NCBI GenBank assembly: GCA_028714455.1
Contig: JAQTMG010000002.1
Location: 38,047-102,046, forward strand
Source: Patescibacteria group bacterium
GTDB lineage: Bacteria > Patescibacteriota > Patescibacteriia > CAIXNZ01
DNA length: 64,000 bases
Direction: 5' to 3'
The position numbers and the translations under genes are program-made. Shown piece by piece: positions 9,581 to 19,499 of this stretch. The notes beneath the pieces were generated by a model that was given only the letters and a program-made list of their open reading frames with translations, did no database searches and had not been told where the DNA came from. Numbering within the stretch: the first letter of the stretch is position 1; every line of letters starts with the position of its first letter.

Positions 9581-10444
9581 ATGCCAGAGCTGCCAGAGGT
9601 AGAAACAATAAAACGCGGTTTAGCAAAAAACATAGTGGGCAAAACCATAGCTGATTTTGATTGTGATTGGAAAAAAATGTTAAATAGACCACTTTCTGAA
9701 TATAAAAAGGTTTTGAAAAGTTTGAAAGTTGAAAATGTAAAAAGACGCGCCAAGTTAACAATCATAAATTTATCAAGGGACTGGAATATCTTGGTTCATT
9801 TGAAATTAACCGGCCAATTGGTTTTTGGCAGTAAGACTAGATGTGTGGTCGGCGGCCATCCGATCAAAGAAGGTTTTGATTGTCTGCCTAATAAATTTAC
9901 GCACGCCAATTTTACTTTTAGCGATAAAAGCCATTTATATTTTAATGATATTCGTAAATTCGGCTGGCTTCACCTTTTGACTGATACTGAATTGGAAAAA
10001 GAAATTGAAAAAATGAAGCTGGGCATTGAGCCATTTGATAAAAACTTTACTTTGGGATATTTGAAAATTTTATTAAAAAGAAGGCCGAATATGAAAATTA
10101 AGCAATTTTTACTTGACCAGTCATTGATTTCCGGGCTTGGCAATATTTATAGCGATGAAGTTGATTTTTACGCGCATGTGCGGCCCATGAGGCAGGTAAA
10201 AACTTTAAGTGAAAAAGAAATTAGTTTGATTTACGCGGGTATCAAAAAGATTTTAGCTGCTTCTATAAAAGCCCAGGGCACGACTTTTAGCAATTATCGC
10301 AATGCCAACGGGGAAGCGGGTGCTTATTCTAAGCAACTTAAGGTTTATGGCAAATATGGCGAGCCCTGCCCAGGCGGCGGCAAGATTGTGCGGGTGCGTA
10401 TAGCTGGTCGCTCCGCCTCATATTGCCCTAAGTGTCAGAAATAA
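9581..10444 (+). CDS. mutM: formamidopyrimidine-DNA glycosylase
   Basis: MPELPEVET, HLKLTG, GLGNIYSDE, C-terminal CPKCQ. Confidence 0.95.
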   Translation: MPELPEVETIKRGLAKNIVGKTIADFDCDWKKMLNRPLSEYKKVLKSLKVENVKRRAKLTIINLSRDWNILVHLKLTGQLVFGSKTRCVVGGHPIKEGFDCLPNKFTHANFTFSDKSHLYFNDIRKFGWLHLLTDTELEKEIEKMKLGIEPFDKNFTLGYLKILLKRRPNMKIKQFLLDQSLISGLGNIYSDEVDFYAHVRPMRQVKTLSEKEISLIYAGIKKILAASIKAQGTTFSNYRNANGEAGAYSKQLKVYGKYGEPCPGGGKIVRVRIAGRSASYCPKCQK

Positions 10445-10487
10445 TTGTTTAAAATTAGCCAAATATTGTTGTTAACCTTGTGTTTTT

Positions 10488-10505
10488 GGTTAACATATGT
10501 TAACC
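10488..10505. promoter_or_regulatory. perfect 18-bp palindrome, candidate operator
   Basis: GGTTAACATATGTTAACC just upstream of the HTH gene; extra half-site TGTTAACC near 10470. Confidence 0.6.
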
Positions 10506-10514
10506 TTTATCTAT

Positions 10515-10781
10515 ATGGAAAAGAATAATAAAAAACTATATTATACAACCGCGGAAGTGGCAAATTTGTTGGGCGTAAGCCGCATAGCGGTATTTAAAAA
10601 GATTAAGTCGGGTAAGATCAAGGCCTCTAAAATGGGTCGAAATTATTTAATTTCGAAAGATCAGCTTCCGGAAATTTTTGGAGAGAAACTTACCGATAGG
10701 CAGAAGCACTTAATAACCGAAGCTGTTTCAAAGACAGTCAAGGATTATGGAGAAACTTTAAGATTATTAGGTCAAGAATAA
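10515..10781 (+). CDS. excisionase-like HTH DNA-binding protein (putative antitoxin)
   Basis: YYTTAEVANLLGVSRIAVFKKIKSGKIKA; adjacent to the Doc gene. Confidence 0.8.
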   Translation: MEKNNKKLYYTTAEVANLLGVSRIAVFKKIKSGKIKASKMGRNYLISKDQLPEIFGEKLTDRQKHLITEAVSKTVKDYGETLRLLGQE

Positions 10782-10782
10782 T

Positions 10783-11211
10783 ATGATAATGCTCGATGTC
10801 GCAACGGTAGAATTTATGGCCTTTCGCCTGGCGAGAGAAATTATGAAATATAATGAGCCTATCCCAGATTTCGGCACTCGATTTCCTAATATTTTAGAGA
10901 GTTGTCTTGTTACGCCATTCCAAACTTTCGACGGAAAAGATCTATATGAAGGCTTGATCGGGAAATCAAGCTTTTTATTTTATTTAATGATTAAGAATCA
11001 TCCTTTTCAGAATGGCAACAAGAGAATCGCGATAACCACACTTTTAACTTTTTTATATTTAAACAGTAAGTGGATTGAGGTGGATAGCAAAGAATTATAT
11101 AATTTTGCAAGATGGGTGGCGGAAAGCAATCCGAAATTAAAAAATGAAACTGTTAAAGCGGTAGAAAAATTTATCGAGACATATTTAGTTGATTTTAGTT
11201 TGGCAAAATAA
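10783..11211 (+). CDS. Fic/Doc family toxin
   Basis: HPFQNGNKR Doc-type motif. Confidence 0.9.
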   Translation: MIMLDVATVEFMAFRLAREIMKYNEPIPDFGTRFPNILESCLVTPFQTFDGKDLYEGLIGKSSFLFYLMIKNHPFQNGNKRIAITTLLTFLYLNSKWIEVDSKELYNFARWVAESNPKLKNETVKAVEKFIETYLVDFSLAK

Positions 11212-11215
11212 AAAT

Positions 11216-11608
11216 ATGCCTAAAATAAAAAAAACCGAAGAAGAGTGGAAAAAGAGTTTAACGCCGCAGCAATATCATGTTTTGCGCGAGTCAGGCACAG
11301 AGCCGCCGTTTACTGGCAAGTATGTAAAAACAAACGACAAGGGAATGTATATTTGCGCGGCTTGCGGCAATGAATTATTTCCCTCAAGCACAAAATTTGA
11401 ATCAGAGTGCGGTTGGCCCAGTTTTTATGAAGCGGTAGATAACAAAAAAATAATTTTACGCCCAGATACCAGTCATGGCATGAATAGAATGGAAGTTTTG
11501 TGCGCCAATTGCGGTAGCCATTTGGGTCATCTTTTTGAAGGCGAAAATACACCGACAGGGAAAAGATATTGCATTAATTCACTGGCGTTGGATTTTAAGA
11601 AAAAGTAA
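11216..11608 (+). CDS. msrB: peptide methionine-R-sulfoxide reductase
   Basis: GTEPPFTG, CGWPSF, HLGHLF, RYCINS. Confidence 0.95.
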   Translation: MPKIKKTEEEWKKSLTPQQYHVLRESGTEPPFTGKYVKTNDKGMYICAACGNELFPSSTKFESECGWPSFYEAVDNKKIILRPDTSHGMNRMEVLCANCGSHLGHLFEGENTPTGKRYCINSLALDFKKK

Positions 11609-11632
11609 TTTTATTAATAATTAAATATATTT

Positions 11633-12250
11633 ATGAAAAAAATTATTTTCGTGCTCTGCCTTAGTTTGCTTTTAGCTGGCTGCGCAAATAACGGGTCCCA
11701 GACCAGTGCTCAAGGTCAGCCAGTTTCTGGCTCGATTGAGGATTTAATTAAATTGGGCAAAAATTACAGATGCGAGCTCCAATTTAAAGAAGGTGATCAG
11801 ATAACATCCGGCACTACCTATCTGTCAGGCAGTTCCGCCCGAACTGATTATCAGATGAAATCAGGCACCCAAACTATTAATAGCCACGCTATTATGACTA
11901 GTACAACCATTTATTCTTGGGTAGATGAAATGCCTGCTCAGGCGCTCAAAATCAGTCAAGCCGACTTAAAGCAGTTCCAGAGCCAGGCTCAAACAACCTC
12001 GCCGAGCGTCAGCAGCTATCAGAATAAATATGATTATAAATGCTATTCATGGACTCCCGATCAGTCCAAATTTACGCCGCCAGCCGGAATTAAATTTACT
12101 GATTATTCTGCTTTCCTCAAACAGCTTCAGGGTCAGCTGCCAAATTTAAATGTCAGCACACCAGGTACTTCTAATCTTTGCGCGAGTTGTAACGCTATCA
12201 CTGATACAAATACAAAAGCAATGTGTAAACAACAGTTAGGCTGTAAATAA
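11633..12250 (+). CDS. putative lipoprotein
   Basis: Lipobox LLAGC; Cys-containing C-terminus. Confidence 0.75.
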   Translation: MKKIIFVLCLSLLLAGCANNGSQTSAQGQPVSGSIEDLIKLGKNYRCELQFKEGDQITSGTTYLSGSSARTDYQMKSGTQTINSHAIMTSTTIYSWVDEMPAQALKISQADLKQFQSQAQTTSPSVSSYQNKYDYKCYSWTPDQSKFTPPAGIKFTDYSAFLKQLQGQLPNLNVSTPGTSNLCASCNAITDTNTKAMCKQQLGCK

Positions 12251-12305
12251 AAAACTGCCAAAATAAAAAGACCGCTGTCAATCAGCGGCCTTTTTTATTT
12301 GTAAA

Positions 12306-12722
12306 CTAAATTATGAGCGCAATAATTATGCCGATTAGAATTCCAGCCAAGGCTTGCATGTAAGTATGGCCCAGCCGTTCTTCTAGATGAGGATATTTAT
12401 CTTCCTCATAATCTGGCAAATCTTTAATTAGCATATTCAGAACCTTGCCGTGGTTGCCTAAATATCTGCGCAAACCAACAGCGTCTCTGATGGTTATAAA
12501 AGCAAAAATTAAGGCAAGGGCAAAAGCGGCTGAAAGCCAGCCAGTTTGCAGGCCGACTTCTGTCGCCAAAGCCGCCACGATAGCTGAATGAGAAGAAGGC
12601 ATACCGCCATAAGAATTGAAATTGCTCCAGGAAAATTCGCCCTTAGCAGAATCAATAATCACTTTGATTAATTGGGCGATGATGAGGGCGAGAATTGGTG
12701 CGAGGAGAAGTTTGTAGGACAT
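12306..12722 (-). CDS. divergent PAP2 family protein (DUF212)
   Basis: GGMPSSHSA, DAVGLRR, ERLGHT. Confidence 0.9.
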   Translation of the reverse strand: MSYKLLLAPILALIIAQLIKVIIDSAKGEFSWSNFNSYGGMPSSHSAIVAALATEVGLQTGWLSAAFALALIFAFITIRDAVGLRRYLGNHGKVLNMLIKDLPDYEEDKYPHLEERLGHTYMQALAGILIGIIIALII

Positions 12723-12767
12723 AGAATTAGAAATATGAAATATGAATTATGAAATATGGAATTGGAT

Positions 12768-12859
12768 GGGCGAAAATGGCCATCCTGCGCCGTATCGCAG
12801 GATTGTAGAGACGCGGTGCACCGCGTCTCTACGGCGTTTTACGCCAGCCATTTTCGCCC
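12768..12859. repeat. GTAG-type REP nested in an outer inverted repeat
   Basis: GGGCGAAAATGGC...GTAGAGACGCGG-CCGCGTCTCTAC...GCCATTTTCGCCC. Confidence 0.8.
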
Positions 12860-12916
12860 TTTTTGTTTGGATAAATTTATGATATTATGATTTCATTATA
12901 GCAAATATAATTTTAT

Positions 12917-13957
12917 ATGAAAAAATTTATAATTTTGTTAATTTTGGCGATTTTAGTGGCGGTCATTTTATGGACGCTTAAGATTACTTTCATTTCGCAA
13001 AGCGGTAGTGGTATAGTCAAACAATTTGATATTAAAGAAGGGGTAGGCGTGCATCAAATCAGTCATGACTTAAAAAAGGCCAAACTGATTGACAGCTCTT
13101 TTGTTTTTGAAACCTATCTGTGGTTTATTCACGGCGGCAATAAAATTTTGGCTGGCCAGCACTCAATTAATGATAAATGGAGCGCTAGAACATTGTGCCG
13201 AGCTTTAATTACGGGCAGCGATTTGGAAAATGAAACAACTATAAAAATTCTTGAGGGCTGGGATTTACGCGATATCGCTGACTATTTTGAAAAGCAAGGC
13301 ATTGCTAAACAAGAAGATTTTTATGATATTGTGGGAACACCAACAATAAATTATGATTTGAATAAAAGTTTGGAAAAGCCAGTTGATTTTTCAACAACTT
13401 ATCCGATTCTTTCGGCTAAGCCGAAAAATTATAGCTATGAGGGATTTTTGTTTCCCGATACTTATCGGATTTTCAAAAACTCCAGCGTAAAAGTAGTCGT
13501 GGAAAAAATGATCAGCAATTTTCAGAAAAAAATAAGTAGCCAGATGATTTCAGACATGAATGCGGCTGGCAGAAATCTTTATGATGTAATTACCTTGGCC
13601 TCAATAATTGAAAAAGAAGAAAAGTCGCTTGAAGATAAAAAAATAGTGGCTGGCATTTATTATAATCGTCTGAAAATCGGCATGGCATTACAAGCCGATC
13701 CGACAGTGAATTATATTACTGGCAAGCAAAGCGGCGGACCCAGCCAGGTTGATTTAGAAAGCAAAAATTTATATAACACTTACAAATACCGCGGTTTACC
13801 GCCCGGACCGATTTGTAATCCCGGCCTTGATTCGATTATGGCCGCCATTTATCCGACTAAAAGCAGCTATTTATATTTTTACAACGGACCAGACGGCAAG
13901 CTTTATTCGGCCAAGACGCTCGAGGAACACAATAATAACATCTGGCTTCATCATTAA
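12917..13957 (+). CDS. mltG: endolytic transglycosylase MltG
   Basis: EGFLFPDTY, LASIIEKE, LQADPTV, YNTYKYRGLPPGPICNPG. Confidence 0.93.
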   Translation: MKKFIILLILAILVAVILWTLKITFISQSGSGIVKQFDIKEGVGVHQISHDLKKAKLIDSSFVFETYLWFIHGGNKILAGQHSINDKWSARTLCRALITGSDLENETTIKILEGWDLRDIADYFEKQGIAKQEDFYDIVGTPTINYDLNKSLEKPVDFSTTYPILSAKPKNYSYEGFLFPDTYRIFKNSSVKVVVEKMISNFQKKISSQMISDMNAAGRNLYDVITLASIIEKEEKSLEDKKIVAGIYYNRLKIGMALQADPTVNYITGKQSGGPSQVDLESKNLYNTYKYRGLPPGPICNPGLDSIMAAIYPTKSSYLYFYNGPDGKLYSAKTLEEHNNNIWLHH

Positions 13958-13971
13958 TTTAATTTACAAAT

Positions 13972-14550
13972 ATGATTGATAAAAAATTTTTCACCAAATT
14001 AAAAAAAGAATACGATTCTTATGACATTGGCCGCCGCATAATCATACGACACTCCAATGATATCTTGAAATTTGCCAAGCAGGCGATTTTCGCCCTGCAT
14101 CGGGAAAATCTGAAAGAGGCCGACAAAACTTTAGCCGAAGCCGAAAAACTTTTTGAGTATTTGCAGACGAAAATTGACGAGGAGGAGGGTTTAAAATATG
14201 AGGGCGCTTATTTAGCGGCAGTCGAAGAATTTATTGAGGCTAAACTTTTTGAGCAATATATTAAGACCGGGAAAATTGGCGAGATTAAGGGTTATAAATT
14301 TGAAGCCGAAAGTTATCTGGGCGGCGTTTGCGATTTCACGGGCGAAGTTGTGCGCCGAGCCATATTTTTAGCTACTCATCGCCGTTATAAAGAAGTTGAG
14401 AAGTGCCAGCAAGTCATTGATGAGGTTATTCACGAATTGATTCAATTTAATTTGATCGGCAGTTTAAGGCCGAAGTATGATCAGGCCAAAAATAATTTGA
14501 GGAAAATTGAGGAGATTATGTACGATCTGGAAATAAAGAAAAGAAATTAG
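13972..14550 (+). CDS. translin family protein
   Basis: AIFALHR, EEFIEA, YLGGVCDFTGEVVRRA, LRPKYD resemble translin/TRAX motifs. Confidence 0.8.
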   Translation: MIDKKFFTKLKKEYDSYDIGRRIIIRHSNDILKFAKQAIFALHRENLKEADKTLAEAEKLFEYLQTKIDEEEGLKYEGAYLAAVEEFIEAKLFEQYIKTGKIGEIKGYKFEAESYLGGVCDFTGEVVRRAIFLATHRRYKEVEKCQQVIDEVIHELIQFNLIGSLRPKYDQAKNNLRKIEEIMYDLEIKKRN

Positions 14551-14643
14551 CCCTTCGACTTAGCTTAAGGCAGGATTAAGCACGGAAATTAGGTAGAAAA
14601 AATATAGAAAAAGGGCTCGACGATTGCGTCGAGCCCTTTGAGT

Positions 14644-15804
14644 TTATCTGGCAGTACAGATGGCCTTTTGGTGATCGTTGATGACGGCCAGGTCACCGCC
14701 CATTGCTGTCTGCAGAGCGTTCAGGGCGCCGTAGATAACGCCGATTTTGATATTGGCGTCATTCTGCTTATCCCTCCAGTTGTATTTCTTGCCATAGATC
14801 TTGATCAGATCGCAGATCAGGTGGTAGAAGGTGTTCAGCTTGTTCGGGCCAGTGCAGTAGACCTTTTTCAGCTTGGCCAGTTCTTCCTTAACTTTGGCGC
14901 GCAGTTCTTCATTCGATTTGAAACGGGGGATAAGCGCTTCTAGCCATTCGCAAAGACCCTCGGTTGTGAATTGAATTTTTTGCGATTCCGCAACCGGTTT
15001 TTGAATCTCAACGAGTTTTTGTTTGGCTTCGGCGCTGTTGGTCACTGATGCTTCGGCGGGTTGTTTGATAACTACTTCTTTGACCTCGACAGTTTCAATA
15101 ACTTTTTGCGTGGGCAAATCGGGCAGTGAAAGGACTTCCAGCTCAACCTTTTCCCCAAGGTCGAATTCTTTTGGCGTTATCTCTTGAAGTTTTCGAGCGA
15201 AGTGGGTATCAATTAGCGTGAGTAGGTAGGACGGCAGTTTGCTCATGCTCTGATGAATGTGATTTTTGAGTTCATCGGCCGAGCATTTGATTTGCCGTTC
15301 GATGAGCAGATTTACCACTGCCTGAAGCTCCTGATAAAAAACAAATTCAAGACGATCTGTTCTGCTAAAGTCCTGCATTTCCCGAGAGTCAGACATAAAC
15401 TCATCGATGAAAGCGCGAATGACCATGCCCCTATCTATTTCTTTCCTGGATTCCGCATCTGATGACTCCCTCTCTTTAATTAACTGATCTAGGGTGTTTA
15501 TCTGACCCCACATATAAAGGTCCTGGTCATCCTCAAACACGCTGGTAAATATGTCGGGGTTGGTGATGTTGTAGCCCTTTAGTAAAATTCCCGCGAGCTC
15601 AAGCGCCTCCCACATAGTCACCCAGCCGCCGTAATTGATAAGGTCTTGCTTAACCTTATCCCAGACGCGCCTGAAAGTATAAATAGCGAGCTTCTGGTCA
15701 TCATATTGTAGATCATTGAGGATTCTAGCGGCGTCACCATCTTCCATCCTGTCGCTGAAAAACTGTCCGAAAAGTTCGCGTCTGCTTCTATTGGTAAGTG
15801 CCAT
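14644..15804 (-). CDS. hypothetical protein (SD-class unit)
   Basis: 386 aa; AAGGAGG SD; TTGACA-N17-TAAATT at 15912-15884; terminator hairpin near 14610-14640. Confidence 0.75.
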   Translation of the reverse strand: MALTNRSRRELFGQFFSDRMEDGDAARILNDLQYDDQKLAIYTFRRVWDKVKQDLINYGGWVTMWEALELAGILLKGYNITNPDIFTSVFEDDQDLYMWGQINTLDQLIKERESSDAESRKEIDRGMVIRAFIDEFMSDSREMQDFSRTDRLEFVFYQELQAVVNLLIERQIKCSADELKNHIHQSMSKLPSYLLTLIDTHFARKLQEITPKEFDLGEKVELEVLSLPDLPTQKVIETVEVKEVVIKQPAEASVTNSAEAKQKLVEIQKPVAESQKIQFTTEGLCEWLEALIPRFKSNEELRAKVKEELAKLKKVYCTGPNKLNTFYHLICDLIKIYGKKYNWRDKQNDANIKIGVIYGALNALQTAMGGDLAVINDHQKAICTAR

Positions 15805-15999
15805 TTTCGCCTCCTTATGCAGCTAGGGTTTATGAACTATTAACTTTTATATTTTAAGGAACTCTTTTGATTCCTGATATACAAATTTATCACAAAATTT
15901 AAGTATTGTCAATAATGCAGATTGTTTGGAAAAAACGGCGGGATTGTGTTTTTTGCCCGATATTTGGTAAAATGTTGATATAATAAATAACGCAAATTT

Positions 16000-16347
16000 A
16001 TGGCAGAATTAACAAAAATAAGTCCCGACAGGATCGCTGGCGTAGACAAAGAAAAACTAATTATCTTGGAAGACATTTCAGATGACATAAGGAAGGTGCT
16101 GTTGAGCGCAGAGGCATTGGAAAAAGCGCAACTACTAGAGGTTGATAATCCGTTAAAGAGAAGAGAGGTGCTTGGTGACTGTCTAGTTAAATATCAGAAA
16201 GGTCTAGATATGATTAGGGAGCAAATTCGAAATAACACAAGATGGAAACTGCCTAAAGAGAGTTTAGCCAACGAAGAAATATATATCACGGAACGCATGG
16301 ATTACCTTGAGGGGATTTTGCACAAATTGCCAAAGCAGGTGCATTAA
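16000..16347 (+). CDS. hypothetical protein
   Basis: 115-aa helical ORF. Confidence 0.55.
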   Translation: MAELTKISPDRIAGVDKEKLIILEDISDDIRKVLLSAEALEKAQLLEVDNPLKRREVLGDCLVKYQKGLDMIREQIRNNTRWKLPKESLANEEIYITERMDYLEGILHKLPKQVH

Positions 16348-16364
16348 TAATTTAAGCTGATTTG

Positions 16365-16922
16365 ATGGACGAGAGGATAGAAAAATTACTTTTGGGGCTC
16401 GAAGAATTAAATAAAGCCGGCGGCCAGTGGAATATTTCTCACACGACTGGCCAGTTTTTGTATGATTTGATTATCGATAAAAAACCAGAAGTAATTGTTG
16501 AAGTCGGCGCTTCCAACGGCTATTCCACTATCTGGTTGGCTGTGGCTGCCAGAAAAATTAATGCCAAAGTCATAACCTTTGAATTCGTGCCAGAAAAAGT
16601 TCGTGATTTGGTTTCTAATTTGCAAAAAGCAGGACTCATTCAATACGTACAAACAGTTCCGGATGATGCCAATAAAAGATTGGGGGAGTTGGAAGAAAAA
16701 ATTGATTTTGTTTTTTTAGATGGCAGAAAAAATGAATATCTGCAACAACTAAAAATGCTTGAACCAAAATTAAATTCAGGTGCGATAATTGCTGCTGATA
16801 ATGTGATTTCACATAAACACGCGCTAGAAGATTATCTTTATTATGTTACCAATGAAAATAAATATCGGAGCGAGCTAAAAGATATCGGGACTGGACTGGA
16901 AATTAGTTATTTATTATCTTGA
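16365..16922 (+). CDS. class I SAM-dependent O-methyltransferase
   Basis: VEVGASNGYSTIWL, DFVFLDG, AADNV. Confidence 0.88.
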   Translation: MDERIEKLLLGLEELNKAGGQWNISHTTGQFLYDLIIDKKPEVIVEVGASNGYSTIWLAVAARKINAKVITFEFVPEKVRDLVSNLQKAGLIQYVQTVPDDANKRLGELEEKIDFVFLDGRKNEYLQQLKMLEPKLNSGAIIAADNVISHKHALEDYLYYVTNENKYRSELKDIGTGLEISYLLS

Positions 16923-16980
16923 CACACTTCAATATAGTTGTTAACTTTAAGTTAATGAGTCACATAAAAAGGAGGGAAAA

Positions 16981-17313
16981 ATGGGAGAGCAAAAGAAAGA
17001 ACCGACTATTGAAGAGCTCATGAAAATCATTGAGGATCAAGGAGAGCAGCTCAAAGCACTTAGGGAAGAAGTGGAAAAACTTAAAAATCGGCCTCCCCGG
17101 ATTGAGGAGCATCACCATCACAACGAAGGAGGCGGAGGAGACCTAGTAATTGAGTATGGTCTGCCCAATGCGCCACGTAAACATCTGATTATTTTCAAAA
17201 ACGGCACCGTGTCCATCTGTGACGGTGAGGAACTAGCTTCAAATCGCATCAAGCAAGCCAAGCCAGGTGAAATTGAAAGCGTTTGGGAAATGAAAAAGCG
17301 GACAGTAAAATAA
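16981..17313 (+). CDS. hypothetical protein with coiled coil and His tract (SD-class unit)
   Basis: TTGACA-N17-TAACTT at 16919-16947, AAGGAGG SD, terminator 17322-17349. Confidence 0.7.
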   Translation: MGEQKKEPTIEELMKIIEDQGEQLKALREEVEKLKNRPPRIEEHHHHNEGGGGDLVIEYGLPNAPRKHLIIFKNGTVSICDGEELASNRIKQAKPGEIESVWEMKKRTVK

Positions 17314-17412
17314 TTGCTATGAAGGGCTCGAATTAACCGAGCCCTTTTTCTTTACAAAAAATTTATTATATGTTAAGTTAGGATATAAATTTGTTCCTTG
17401 AAAGGAGAAAAA

Positions 17413-18396
17413 ATGGAAAGATATATTCCAAAGCATTGCGTTTGGGAAACGACGTTAAGATGTAATTTGAAATGCTTGCATTGCGGTTCAAGAGCAGGCA
17501 AATGTCGCGATCAAGAGCTAAATCATGACGAAGCCATCTTGTTGATCAATGACTTGAAAGAACTTGGTTGCGAGAGAATTATTCTTGGCGGCGGCGAGCC
17601 GCTACTGCGCAAAGATTTTGCCAATTTGGTTTGGCATATTAAAGAAATGGGTATGAGACCCTGCTTGATTTCGAATGGTTTGATTTTGCCCCAGAAAATT
17701 AAATTGCTGGCAAGTTTGCCGCTTTATGCCGTAGCCATTAGCTTAGACGGTTTAGAAAAAACGCATAATTATTTGCGGCAGAATCAAAAAAGTTTTAGCC
17801 AGGTCATTAAGTCGTTTCACTCTCTATCTAATTTGTTTATTGATGTTTATGCCATTAGCCAGATTAATCGTTTCAATTTTTCAGAACTGGAAGATCTTTA
17901 TGAACTTATTTCGCATTTGCATATTGATGGCTGGCAAATCCAATTGACCAATGACATGGGCAGGGCCGAGGATTTAAAGGATTTTAGGCTTAGTCGCAAA
18001 CAGCTCGTTAAATTGGTTGATTTCATTGTCAGGTACAAAAATGGTCCGCTGAAGATTTATCCTGGCGATGACATTGGCTATTATTGCCGCGGCCAATTTC
18101 AATTCCAAGGTTGTCAGGGTGGAATTCAAGTTATTGGCGTTGAGGCCAATGGCAATGTCAAGCCATGTTTAAGCATGCAAAAAGACAACCGATTTGTCGG
18201 CGGAAACATTCGCGAAAAAAGTCTGAAAGAAATTTGGCACGATCCCAATTTCGCGGCCATCAATCGTAAAGCACACAAGCTCGCTGGTAAATGCGCTTCT
18301 TGCGCACATGCCCGCCAATGTCGGGGTGGTTGCGTGGGCACGGTCATGTCATTTGATTCTTTGGGAACTTATCCATTTTGCATAAGGACAAGGTAA
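17413..18396 (+). CDS. radical SAM / SPASM domain protein
   Basis: CNLKCLHC, GGEP, C-terminal CQGG...PC...CASC...CRGGC. Confidence 0.92.
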   Translation: MERYIPKHCVWETTLRCNLKCLHCGSRAGKCRDQELNHDEAILLINDLKELGCERIILGGGEPLLRKDFANLVWHIKEMGMRPCLISNGLILPQKIKLLASLPLYAVAISLDGLEKTHNYLRQNQKSFSQVIKSFHSLSNLFIDVYAISQINRFNFSELEDLYELISHLHIDGWQIQLTNDMGRAEDLKDFRLSRKQLVKLVDFIVRYKNGPLKIYPGDDIGYYCRGQFQFQGCQGGIQVIGVEANGNVKPCLSMQKDNRFVGGNIREKSLKEIWHDPNFAAINRKAHKLAGKCASCAHARQCRGGCVGTVMSFDSLGTYPFCIRTR

Positions 18397-18435
18397 AATC
18401 TTGTCCTTTTTTATTTAAACAAGTATGATTAAAGT

Positions 18436-18903
18436 ATGAAAATAAAAATAATTGCCATTTCCAAAGATAAATTTGATTACATTAATGACGGTGTAATCGA
18501 TTATGTGGCGCGCCTGAAAAAGTATGCTGATGTGGACATTTTGAATTTGAAAGAAGAAGCGATAAAGAGTCAGCCAATTGATGATATTTTAGAAAAAGAA
18601 GGCGAAAAGATTTTAGCCAAATTAGATGATGAATATTATAATATCGCTTTGCACAGAATGGGCCAGGGAAAAACCAGTTTTGAATTTGCCAAATTAATTG
18701 AAGATGTGCGCGATTTTAAGGGCGGCAAGATTTGTTTTATTATCGGCGGTCCGCTCGGACTTTCACAAAAAGTTTTGGCGAGCGTTGATTTGACCCTTTC
18801 ATTATCAAGAATGACGCTTACTCATCAGATGACGCGGCTGGTACTTTTAGAACAAATCTATCGTGGGTTTGAAATTTTGGCTGGCACTGAATATAATAAA
18901 TAA
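18436..18903 (+). CDS. rlmH: 23S rRNA m3Psi1915 methyltransferase
   Basis: FIIGGPLGL, SRMTLTHQMTRLVLLEQIYRG. Confidence 0.95.
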   Translation: MKIKIIAISKDKFDYINDGVIDYVARLKKYADVDILNLKEEAIKSQPIDDILEKEGEKILAKLDDEYYNIALHRMGQGKTSFEFAKLIEDVRDFKGGKICFIIGGPLGLSQKVLASVDLTLSLSRMTLTHQMTRLVLLEQIYRGFEILAGTEYNK

Positions 18904-18917
18904 ATTCTTCATATTTT

Positions 18918-19499
18918 ATGGCTATTAATAATATCGAAATTGAAATACAAGTTAATATTGGAAATATCAAACCACTATTGAATTTTCTTGAGTTAAGGGC
19001 GATTTTTCAGGCCGAAAAAAGACAGATTGATGAATATTTTTCCCCAATCCATGATGATTTTTTAGCAGTCAGGCCAGTTAGGGAATGGCTACGTTTGCGC
19101 GATGCCAACGGCAAATGTTCATTAAATTATAAAAATTGGCATTTTGATGCTAGCGGAAAAAGCAACTATTGCGATGAATTTGAAACCGGAATTGACAAAT
19201 TTGAGCCGGTTAAGAAGATGTTGAATGTTCTCAATTTTAAATCAATCATTACGGTTGAAAAGTTGAGAAAAATTTGGACTTTTAAGGACTATGAAATTGC
19301 CATAGATTCCGTTAAGAATTTGGGTGATTTTGTGGAGATTGAATATATTGGGAATGATGATCGTGTTGAACCGCAAAAAATAACAGATGAAATGATTAAC
19401 TTTTTGAAAAATTTAGAATGCGGAAAAATTACTAGAAACTATGTTGGGTATCCTTTTCAATTGCTTTTTCCTGATGAAGTAAAATACGATATTTTATGA
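18918..19499 (+). CDS. CYTH domain protein (class IV adenylate cyclase-like)
   Basis: IEIEI, WLRLR, EKLR, LGDFVEIE. Confidence 0.85.
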   Translation: MAINNIEIEIQVNIGNIKPLLNFLELRAIFQAEKRQIDEYFSPIHDDFLAVRPVREWLRLRDANGKCSLNYKNWHFDASGKSNYCDEFETGIDKFEPVKKMLNVLNFKSIITVEKLRKIWTFKDYEIAIDSVKNLGDFVEIEYIGNDDRVEPQKITDEMINFLKNLECGKITRNYVGYPFQLLFPDEVKYDIL

